A DNA stretch of 52,092 nt, taken from NCBI GenBank assembly GCA_001819335.1, contig MHMH01000015.1:1-52092 (forward strand). The letters run 5' to 3'. Origin of the DNA: Candidatus Nealsonbacteria bacterium RIFCSPLOWO2_01_FULL_43_32 (lineage in GTDB: Bacteria > Patescibacteriota > Minisyncoccia > Minisyncoccales > MHMH01). The position numbers and the translations under genes were made by a program. The notes below the pieces were generated by a model that was given only the letters and a program-made list of their open reading frames with translations, searched no databases and was not told where the DNA came from. Below, in pieces: positions 1 through 7,170 of the stretch (its first letter is position 1; every line of letters starts with the position of its first letter).

Positions 1-46
1 TCCAGCGCAGCTTCTCTTCTTTGGTAGATTTTGGCATAGTTTTCAT
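1..46 (-). CDS. 5' fragment of an ORF running off the window edge (MKTMPKSTKEEKLRW...), possibly an IS481-like transposase/integrase
   Basis: ATG at 46 (alternative at 37) preceded by GGGGGC. The N-terminus resembles, from memory, CPR integrase-core proteins (MPKTxKEE.LRW). Only 15 codons are visible. Confidence 0.4.
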   Translation of the reverse strand, partial: MKTMPKSTKEEKLRW

Positions 47-102
47 ATGCCCCCAGATTACCTAGAAAAGTGCAATATGTCTGTATACATTACCACACGC
101 GC

Positions 103-131
103 TTGACAGGTTCAATATTTAGGAGTATAAT
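103..131 (+). promoter_or_regulatory. Consensus sigma70 promoter for the DGR target gene
   Basis: TTGACA(103-108)-17 bp-TATAAT(126-131), perfect consensus. Confidence 0.85.
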
Positions 132-177
132 AGGGATATAATAATTTTGTTCTTTTTAACGAAAATACTTACTAAAA

Positions 178-293
178 AAGTAGTCGTAGCCAAAAGATAC
201 TGATGTTATCGGTATTTTCTGGCTATGACTGCTTCGTTGGCAGGATTGGCCCTATAACCTCGGGAAGAGGTAAAAATTCGGCGAACAGCCGAA
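178..293 (+). promoter_or_regulatory. Structured 5' leader of the DGR target gene (long hairpin plus two short hairpins)
   Basis: 178-204 pairs with 208-234 (27 positions, 1 mismatch, 4 G-U). ACCTC/GAGGT at 257-271; TTCGGC/GCCGAA at 277-293; SD GAGGAG at 295-300. Confidence 0.6.
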
Positions 294-307
294 AGAGGAG
301 TGGAAAA

Positions 308-904
308 ATGAAGTACGGTGAACTGAATCTAGGACAGGTGGAGGCGGTGGTCAATAAGCTTGGCGGCATGGAAGGCGTGAGAATGTTTTTGGCGGGTGAA
401 TTGGTAGTTAAGGAAGCGGAACGGAAGTTTTCCACCTGGAAAACCGTCAAACTCGGGACCGGACTCAAGTCCGCCGACGATTTCCGCCGCACCCTTAACG
501 CTGGCGGAATCAAAATCAGCGATTGGGCCAACGATATTCTCGGGAAACCTGCTTTTTCGGTGGCTGCCGAGGCAACAGAAGTTGACCTAATTAAGGTCAC
601 GGTTGCCGAACTCGGTTTCAAGAAGGGTGCCCGGCGCGACCAGATCTACGAACGCGCCAAAGAGCTTGGACTTCAACTTTGTCCGCCAGAAGTCGGCCCG
701 CAGTTGCGTCTGCAGTACCAGGACCAGCCGAATAACGAGTGGATTCTCGTCGGAATGGAACCGATTGCCGGTTCCGGTGGCAACCTGCGCGTGTTCTCTG
801 TGGAGCGCGATGGCTCGGAGCTGTGGCTCAGCGGCGATTGGGGCTATCCCGACGGTGTCTGGGGTCCTGACGATCGTTTGGCCTTCGTCTTCCCCCGCAA
901 GTAA
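308..904 (+). CDS. DGR target (variable) protein, 198 aa, C-terminal VR; CLec-like fold inferred
   Basis: ATG at 308 follows SD GAGGAG. The longer ORF start at 203 lies inside the leader hairpin. The last 46 codons are the VR. No obvious signal peptide or TM segment. Confidence 0.9.
   Translation: MKYGELNLGQVEAVVNKLGGMEGVRMFLAGELVVKEAERKFSTWKTVKLGTGLKSADDFRRTLNAGGIKISDWANDILGKPAFSVAAEATEVDLIKVTVAELGFKKGARRDQIYERAKELGLQLCPPEVGPQLRLQYQDQPNNEWILVGMEPIAGSGGNLRVFSVERDGSELWLSGDWGYPDGVWGPDDRLAFVFPRK
764..900 (+). repeat. DGR variable repeat (VR), 137 bp
   Basis: Ungapped alignment to 1259-1395 with 18 mismatches, all opposite TR adenines. Confidence 0.97.
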
Positions 905-909
905 AAAAG

Positions 910-967
910 CCCTTGGACCCTTGGATCCCTGGCTCCCGTTTGGGAACTTGGTCCCTTGGCCCTTGGA
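910..967 (+). repeat. CCCTTGG(A) repeat cluster downstream of VR
   Basis: CCCTTGGA at 910, 918 and 960; TCCCTGG at 926; CTTGG at 947; TCCCTTGG at 952; central TCCC-GTTT-GGGA mini-hairpin. Confidence 0.75.
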
Positions 968-974
968 CGGTAAA

Positions 975-1016
975 GCCCTCTCTCGTTTCGTAATACGAGA
1001 GAGGGCCTTTTATTTC
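975..1016 (+). terminator. 12-bp hairpin plus T tract after the target gene (terminator and/or DGR target-recognition hairpin)
   Basis: GCCCTCTCTCGT-ttcgtaat-ACGAGAGAGGGC (975-1006) followed by CTTTTATTT. Confidence 0.8.
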
Positions 1017-1258
1017 AACAGGGATGATTTATAATTAGAATTGGATAATAGGCGAATCTGTCCGCGGTTACGGCTTCGGGCGGCCGAATTCCGGAATTAT
1101 CGCAATGCAGAATCTTGGCGGCTACGGCTTCCAAGAGCGTCATTGATAATTTCCAAAAATAAAGATACTTGGTATAAGGCGTTAGGGTATTTTAGATACC
1201 GCATAAGATGCAGCCCCGAGAGTATTCAGGGGGCAGTGGCTTAGAAGACGCTTTATAC

Positions 1259-1395
1259 ATTACCGATTCCGATGGCAACCTGAACGTGTTCTCTGTGAAG
1301 CGCGATGACTCGGAGCTGTGGCTCAACAGCAATTGGAGCAATCCCGACAATGTCTGGAATCCTGACAATCATTTGGCCTTCGTCTTCCCCCGCAA
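1259..1395 (+). ncRNA. DGR template repeat (TR), 137 bp
   Basis: Adenine-rich copy of VR with many AAC/AAT codons; 32 adenines, 18 of them substituted in VR. Confidence 0.95.
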
Positions 1396-1411
1396 CTCTC
1401 TTTATTTTTTT

Positions 1412-1439
1412 ACCCGTCCAATTAGAGACGGGTTTATTT
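1412..1439 (+). terminator. Hairpin 3' of TR (possible end of TR RNA)
   Basis: ACCCGTC-caattaga-GACGGGT followed by TTATTT; abuts the avd stop codon. Confidence 0.45.
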
Positions 1440-1727
1440 GAGAACCTTAATCCACCCCCCAAGCATTTTGCCGATTTCATTTAATTTTTCAGATATTAAA
1501 ATATATTTTTTATTGTCCAATGATTTTATCTCCCAAGCTATTTGCAGAAAGAATTTTAACAAATCTAATTTTACGGAAGCATTCTTAAGAGAAATAAGTT
1601 TTTCTAATTTGTCTGAATAGCTCGCTTTTATTATTAGTTCAATTGTTTCCAGAAACAAAGAATCAATTTTTGTTCCGATGGTGTAGCGGGAATCTTTTTG
1701 GAAATTAGGCAAGAATTCATGCCACAA
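1434..1727 (-). CDS. avd: Avd-like DGR accessory protein (four-helix-bundle family); true N-terminus probably extends upstream, see the G9 finding
   Basis: Basic helical protein with a RYTIGxKID segment and C-terminal EIGKMLGGW motif typical of bAvd-like proteins; lies between TR and RT; frame open to 1814. Confidence 0.85.
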   Translation of the reverse strand: MWHEFLPNFQKDSRYTIGTKIDSLFLETIELIIKASYSDKLEKLISLKNASVKLDLLKFFLQIAWEIKSLDNKKYILISEKLNEIGKMLGGWIKVLK

Positions 1728-1747
1728 TTTGTAAGCCCGAACTAGTT

Positions 1748-1784
1748 TTTGGATTAAGCTTAATCCAAAGGGGCTGGGGGGGGG
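1748..1784. repeat. Perfect 22-bp palindrome (1748-1769) and G9 homopolymer (1776-1784)
   Basis: TTTGGATTAAGCTTAATCCAAA is its own reverse complement; nine consecutive G follow shortly after. Confidence 0.9.
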
Positions 1785-1806
1785 TATTACCGGTAAAATT
1801 ATTATT

Positions 1807-2802
1807 ATGAAAATTCAATTGGCTCATAATTTCGAAGATATTGTCAGTTTGGATAATTTACTTGAGGCCTGGCCGGAATTTTTAAAGGGAAAAAGAGAGA
1901 AAAAAGACGTTCAGGAATTTTCTTTTCGCTTAATGGACAATGTCATATCTCTCCATTATGATTTAGTTTATCATATCTATAAACATGACGGCTATCAAGC
2001 GTTTAGCATTCAGGACCCAAAACCCAGGAACATTCATAAAGCGAGCGTGCGGGATAGATTGCTTCATCGCGCCATTTACCGCAGACTTTACCCGTTTTTT
2101 GACAAGACATTTATCGCCGATTCTTTTTCCTGCCGCATCGGCAGGGGCACTCACAAGGCACTGGATAGATTTCGTTTGGTTGCTTTTAGGGCTAGTGAGA
2201 ATAATACCAGAACCTGCTGGATATTGAAATGCGACGTTAAAAAATTCTTTGCCAGCATTGACCATGGCATTTTAATAAGCATCCTGCAAAAATATATACC
2301 CGATAAGGATATTTTATGGCTTTTGGGAACGGTAATAAGCAGTTTTCCCGGCCTTGGCCAGAAAACAGGACTGCCGCTCGGCAATTTAACTTCGCAGCTT
2401 TTCGCGAATATCTATATGAATGAATTCGATCAGTTCGTGAAGCACAGACTGAAAGCAAAATATTACATTAGATATGCCGACGATTTTGTTTTACTCTCGG
2501 AGAGCAGGGCTTGGCTAGGGGCGCAGATCCCAGCCATTGATAATTTTTTACAAAGAGAGCTGAAGCTTACTCTGCATCCCCAAAAAATTTCCATCAAAAC
2601 GCTTGCTTCCGGGGTTGATTTCCTCGGCTGGGTGCATTTCTCCGATTATAGGGTATTAAGAACCAGTACAAAGAAAAGAATGCTTAGAAGAATCCGAAGA
2701 CGCTCGTCCCTGTCAACAGCTAATTCTTATTTGGGGCTTTTACGGCACGGCAGTACCTATAAATTACGGGAAGAAGTTTTAAAACAGCATTTGTCGAATT
2801 AG
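1807..2802 (+). CDS. DGR reverse transcriptase, 331 aa
   Basis: YIRYADDF catalytic motif, GLPLGNLTSQLFANIY (DGR-type), LKCDVKKFF, DFLG; no maturase or endonuclease domain. Confidence 0.96.
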   Translation: MKIQLAHNFEDIVSLDNLLEAWPEFLKGKREKKDVQEFSFRLMDNVISLHYDLVYHIYKHDGYQAFSIQDPKPRNIHKASVRDRLLHRAIYRRLYPFFDKTFIADSFSCRIGRGTHKALDRFRLVAFRASENNTRTCWILKCDVKKFFASIDHGILISILQKYIPDKDILWLLGTVISSFPGLGQKTGLPLGNLTSQLFANIYMNEFDQFVKHRLKAKYYIRYADDFVLLSESRAWLGAQIPAIDNFLQRELKLTLHPQKISIKTLASGVDFLGWVHFSDYRVLRTSTKKRMLRRIRRRSSLSTANSYLGLLRHGSTYKLREEVLKQHLSN

Positions 2803-2804
2803 AT

Positions 2805-2833
2805 AAAAGTCGGCTTGGAAAAGCCGATTTTTT
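2805..2833 (+). terminator. Intrinsic terminator after RT
   Basis: AAAAGTCGGCTT-ggaa-AAGCCGATTTTTT. Confidence 0.8.
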
Positions 2834-2863
2834 ATGTTAAGATGAAAAAGTCAAACTTTATTT

Positions 2864-5290
2864 ATGAACTCTTATAATCCTCAGGAAATAGAGCGAAAAT
2901 GGCGGAAGATTTGGGAGGAAAATAAAACCTTCCAGGTTGATTTAAAACATGCCAAAAATCCCTATTACAACCTGATGATGTTCCCTTATCCTTCGGCCGA
3001 AGGCCTGCACGTGGGAAATGTTTACGCCTTTACGGGTTCGGATATCTACGGCCGTTTCAGAAGAATGCAGGGGAACGATGTTTTTGAGCCGATGGGCTTT
3101 GACGCTTTCGGCATCCATTCGGAAAATTTTGCCATTAAAAAAGGCATTCATCCCAAAATTTTAATTAAAAAAAATACTGATAATTTTCGCGAACAGCTGA
3201 AAAACCTGGGTTGTCTTTTTGATTGGGAGCATGAAGTGGATACTACCCGGCCCGAATATTATAAATGGACCCAGTGGTTGTTCTTACAGCTCTATAAGGC
3301 TGGTTTGGCTTACCGGAAAAAAGCGCCGGTTGATTGGTGCCCTTCTTGTAAAACTGTTTTAGCTGATGAACAAGTTATTTCTGGTCAATGCGAAAGATGC
3401 GATTCTGAAGTTATCCAGAAAGAAACCGAGCAGTGGTTTTTTAAAATTACCGAATACGCCGAAAAATTGCTGAAAAATCTAAATACGATTGATTGGTCGG
3501 AAAGAACAAAAATTACGCAGAAAAATTGGATAGGCCGAAGCGAAGGAGTAAATTTAAAAGAAAAGGTGAAAGGTTTAAATATTGAATTTGAGGTTTTTGA
3601 CACTGTTCCCCAAACTTTCCTTGCTCAGACTTTTACCGTTATTGCTCCAGAACATCCATTAGTTAAGGAGCTGGTAAAAAATACAAAATATGAAAAACCA
3701 GTGATGGAATTTATTGAAAAAATCAAGAGAAAAAGAATAGAGGCACCGAACGAAATAGAAAAAGATATTGAAGGGATTTTCATAGGCAGATATATTGATA
3801 ACCCCTTTGGGACGGGCGATTTACCCATTTGGCTTGCTTCTTATGTAATTGCCGGATATGGAACAGGGATTGTCAACTGTAGCGCCCACGACGAACGCGA
3901 CTTCGCTTTCGCTAAAAAATACAATATTCCTTTAAAATTGGCGATGTTACCTTCCGATAAAGAATTATCCGAAAAAGTGAAGAATTTCGAAACCTGTTAT
4001 CATCATGCTCCCGAGGGAATTATTCAAGAACCAATAGAAATGAGGGGTATGACTTGGGAAAAGGCGAGAGGGCCTATTATTGAACATATTGAGAAAAAAG
4101 GTTTTGGTAAAAGAGGAGTCAATTATCACCTGCGCGATTGGCTTATTTCCAGGCAGAGATATTGGGGTCCGCCAATCCCGATTATTTATTGCGCAAAGTG
4201 TGGCGTTGTCCCCGTGCCGGAAAAAGACTTGCCGGTATTATTGCCCGACGTTGAAAATTTCAAGCCCAAAGACACGGGAGAGTCTCCTCTGGCTTTGGTC
4301 TCGAGTTTTGTCAAAACAAAATGCCCACAATGCGGAGGGCCTGCCCGGAGAGAAACGGACGTCTCTGATACTTTCTTAGATTCTTCATGGTATTTTTTCC
4401 GTTACCCTTCGTCTGATTTTAAAAATAAACCATTTGACGAAAATATTACAAAAGAATGGCTGCCCGTTGACATGTATATTGGCGGTCAAGAACATGCTGT
4501 ATTGCATTTGCTTTATACCAGATTTATCACGATGGCCTTAAAAGATTCTGGTTTTATTGATTTTGAAGAGCCATTTAAGAAATTCCGAGCTCACGGTCTT
4601 TTGACTAAGGGCGGAGCCAAGATGTCCAAATCCAAAGGCAACGTGGTCAACCCGGACGATTACTTTAAAAGATTCGGGGCAGACACCTTGAGAATGTATT
4701 TAATGTTTATCGGTCCCTTTGAGGCGGGCGGGGATTGGCAGGATAGAGGAATTATTGGGATTTCGAGATTTTTAGAGAAAGTTTGGGCGCTCCAAAGAAA
4801 ACCAAAAACAGAAATTGAAACCCCAAAAATAGAAAATTTATTACATAAAACAATTAAAAAAGTTGACCAAGATTTGGAGAATCTTCAATACAATACCGCC
4901 ATTTCCGCTTTGATGATTTTAGTCAATGCCTTAGCAGAAATCCCGCAATTGTCAGTAAAAACCTACAAAACGCTTTTATTGCTATTGGCCCCCTTTGCGC
5001 CCCATATTGCAGAGGAGCTTTGGCGCTACTTAGAACCTGGTTCTAAACAGTCTATTCATGATCAAAAATGGCCAGAATACGACTCCGAATTGATCAAAGA
5101 AGACACGATTACCTTGATTGTGCAGGTTAACGGCAAGGTCAGGGATACTTTAGAAGTTAAAGCCGGCATTTCCGAGAGCGAGGCCAAAGAATTGACATTA
5201 AGCCAAAAAAAGGTTAAAAACTATATATTGAACAAAGAGATAAAAAAGATAATTTTCATTAGGAACAAACTTATAAATATAGTCGTATAA
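2864..5290 (+). CDS. leuS: Leucine--tRNA ligase
   Basis: MFPYPS-GLHVGN (HIGH-like), KMSKS, DWLISRQRYWG, C-terminal QVNGKVR. Confidence 0.97.
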   Translation: MNSYNPQEIERKWRKIWEENKTFQVDLKHAKNPYYNLMMFPYPSAEGLHVGNVYAFTGSDIYGRFRRMQGNDVFEPMGFDAFGIHSENFAIKKGIHPKILIKKNTDNFREQLKNLGCLFDWEHEVDTTRPEYYKWTQWLFLQLYKAGLAYRKKAPVDWCPSCKTVLADEQVISGQCERCDSEVIQKETEQWFFKITEYAEKLLKNLNTIDWSERTKITQKNWIGRSEGVNLKEKVKGLNIEFEVFDTVPQTFLAQTFTVIAPEHPLVKELVKNTKYEKPVMEFIEKIKRKRIEAPNEIEKDIEGIFIGRYIDNPFGTGDLPIWLASYVIAGYGTGIVNCSAHDERDFAFAKKYNIPLKLAMLPSDKELSEKVKNFETCYHHAPEGIIQEPIEMRGMTWEKARGPIIEHIEKKGFGKRGVNYHLRDWLISRQRYWGPPIPIIYCAKCGVVPVPEKDLPVLLPDVENFKPKDTGESPLALVSSFVKTKCPQCGGPARRETDVSDTFLDSSWYFFRYPSSDFKNKPFDENITKEWLPVDMYIGGQEHAVLHLLYTRFITMALKDSGFIDFEEPFKKFRAHGLLTKGGAKMSKSKGNVVNPDDYFKRFGADTLRMYLMFIGPFEAGGDWQDRGIIGISRFLEKVWALQRKPKTEIETPKIENLLHKTIKKVDQDLENLQYNTAISALMILVNALAEIPQLSVKTYKTLLLLLAPFAPHIAEELWRYLEPGSKQSIHDQKWPEYDSELIKEDTITLIVQVNGKVRDTLEVKAGISESEAKELTLSQKKVKNYILNKEIKKIIFIRNKLINIVV

Positions 5291-5324
5291 ATTTTGAATT
5301 TTGAGATTTGAGCTTTGAATTTTT
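5290..5324 (+). repeat. Degenerate heptamer tandem repeat (AATTTTG-like x5)
   Basis: aattttg aattttg agatttg agctttg aattttt fills the leuS-glmS spacer. Confidence 0.7.
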
Positions 5325-5327
5325 ATT

Positions 5328-7166
5328 ATGTGCGGCATTGTCGGCTATATTGCCAGAAAACAAAATCCCAATTCTCTTAAACTGGGCATTGAGGCCTTGA
5401 AAAGGCTGGAATACCGCGGATACGACTCCGCCGGTTTTGCTTTTTGGGACGAAAGCAAAAAAGATATTTTCTGCCAGAAAGCGGTGGGCCGCATTGCGGC
5501 CCTGGAGGAAAAAGCCAACGGTGCGGTTAACGCCGCAGCATTGGCGGCCAACCCCTTGATTTTACATACCAGATGGGCCACCCATGGCGGGGTGACCGAA
5601 TCCAACGCCCATCCTCATTTTGATTGCCAAAACAATATTTATTTGGTTCATAACGGTATCGTTGAAAACTACAAAGAATTAAAGGAAATGCTTCAAAAGG
5701 AAGGCCATCAGCTTCATTCTGAAACCGATACCGAGGTTATTGCTCACCTGGTGGAAAAGTTTTTTCAGGGAAATCTGGAAGAAGCGGTGAGAAAAGCCCT
5801 GCCTCTTGTCAAGGGCAGTTACGGGATTGCGGTCATTGCTAAAAAAGATCCGAATAAGCTGGTGGCCGCCCGGCTTTCCAGTCCCTTGCTGCTCGGTTTG
5901 GGAGAGAACGAATATTTTATCGCCTCTGACCCGTCAGCCATTATCGCCCATACCAACAAAGTCATCTATCTTGATGACGGCGAGATTGTGACCATCACCC
6001 CGGATAATTTTTCCATTCTTAAAGAAAAAAAGCCCGAGGAAATCGAGTGGAAGCTGGAAGACGCGCAAAAAGGCGGCTATCCTCACTTTATGCTGAAAGA
6101 AATCATGGAAGAACCCGAAGCCATTGAGAATTCCATTAAGGGCAGACTATTGGTTGAAGAGGGTATGGCTAAATTGGGCGGTCTTCAGGAGGTCATGACT
6201 CGGTTAAGAAATACCAAAAGAATGCTTTTTACCGCCTGCGGCACGGCTTTTTACGCCTCCTTGGTCGGCCGATATATGCTTGAAGAGTACGCGGGGATTC
6301 CGGTGGAGGCGGATATTGCTTCAGAATTTCGCTATCGCAAACCGATTATTGACGAAAATACGGTTTTACTTTGCGTTTCGCAGTCCGGAGAAACAGCCGA
6401 TACTTTAGCCGCTTTGAAAGAAATGAAAATGAAAGGCGTTTTGACCATGAGCGTGGTTAATGTGGTGGGCAGTACGATTGCCCGGGAAACCGACGCGGGA
6501 GTTTATAATCACATTGGTCCGGAAATCGGCGTGGCTTCCACTAAGGCCTTTATTTCTCAATTGACCATTATGGCCCTTTTAACGCTGTTATTGGGCCGTC
6601 AGCGGAACTTAAGTTTGATTAAGGGTCAAAGAATTGCTCAAGACATTATGGCTCTGCCTGAAAAAGCCCGGATTATTTTGGCTCAAGAAGCCCCAAAAAT
6701 AAAAGCCATCGCGGAAAAATATTACAAGCATAATAACTTTATTTTTTTGGGCAGAAAGTACAATTATCCTATCGCTTTGGAAGGAGCTTTGAAATTAAAA
6801 GAAATAGCCTACATTCATGCCGAGGGCTATGCTTCCGGTGAAATGAAGCACGGCCCGATTGCTCTGGCCGACGAAAACCTTCCTTTTGTTTTTATCGTCC
6901 CGCAAGACAGCGTTTATGAAAAAGTTATTTCCAATCTTCAAGAGGTAAAAGCCAGAAAAGCTCCTGTCATAGCCATTGCCACAGAGGGAGATGAAAAGAT
7001 AAAAGAATTGGTTGATGATGTTATTTATATTCCCAAAACCTCGGAAATGCTGACGCCTATTTTAGCCGCCATCCCGCTTCATCTTTTTGCTTATCATATG
7101 GGAGTTTTGCGGGGTTGCGACGTCGACAAGCCCAGGAACTTGGCAAAATCTGTAACAGTGGAGTGA
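5328..7166 (+). CDS. glmS: Glutamine--fructose-6-phosphate aminotransferase
   Basis: N-terminal MCGIVG, HTRWATHG, C-terminal PRNLAKSVTVE. Confidence 0.98.
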   Translation: MCGIVGYIARKQNPNSLKLGIEALKRLEYRGYDSAGFAFWDESKKDIFCQKAVGRIAALEEKANGAVNAAALAANPLILHTRWATHGGVTESNAHPHFDCQNNIYLVHNGIVENYKELKEMLQKEGHQLHSETDTEVIAHLVEKFFQGNLEEAVRKALPLVKGSYGIAVIAKKDPNKLVAARLSSPLLLGLGENEYFIASDPSAIIAHTNKVIYLDDGEIVTITPDNFSILKEKKPEEIEWKLEDAQKGGYPHFMLKEIMEEPEAIENSIKGRLLVEEGMAKLGGLQEVMTRLRNTKRMLFTACGTAFYASLVGRYMLEEYAGIPVEADIASEFRYRKPIIDENTVLLCVSQSGETADTLAALKEMKMKGVLTMSVVNVVGSTIARETDAGVYNHIGPEIGVASTKAFISQLTIMALLTLLLGRQRNLSLIKGQRIAQDIMALPEKARIILAQEAPKIKAIAEKYYKHNNFIFLGRKYNYPIALEGALKLKEIAYIHAEGYASGEMKHGPIALADENLPFVFIVPQDSVYEKVISNLQEVKARKAPVIAIATEGDEKIKELVDDVIYIPKTSEMLTPILAAIPLHLFAYHMGVLRGCDVDKPRNLAKSVTVE

Positions 7167-7170
7167 TATC

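Larger units (their letters stand above)
308..2802 (+). mobile_element. Diversity-generating retroelement: target(VR) - TR - antisense avd - RT
   Basis: TR/VR pair differing only at TR adenines, DGR-type RT and Avd-like ORF all within 2.5 kb. Confidence 0.97.

Noticed and set aside
203-307. N-terminal extension of the target ORF from ATG 203
   Set aside because: That ATG lies within the long leader hairpin and has no SD; ATG 308 has GAGGAG.
910-967. Possible CRISPR array
   Set aside because: Units are only 7-8 bp with no unique spacers, and there are no cas genes in the window.
1208-1441. 77-aa ORF resembling the target C-terminus
   Set aside because: It is the TR read in the VR frame. TRs are usually stop-free, and there is no SD, so it is not called a gene.
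1807-2802. RT as group II intron or retron
   Set aside because: No maturase/endonuclease domain or retron VTG motif; the TR/VR pair and Avd explain it as a DGR.
5291-5327. glmS ribozyme upstream of glmS
   Set aside because: The spacer is only 37 bp and consists of heptamer repeats.
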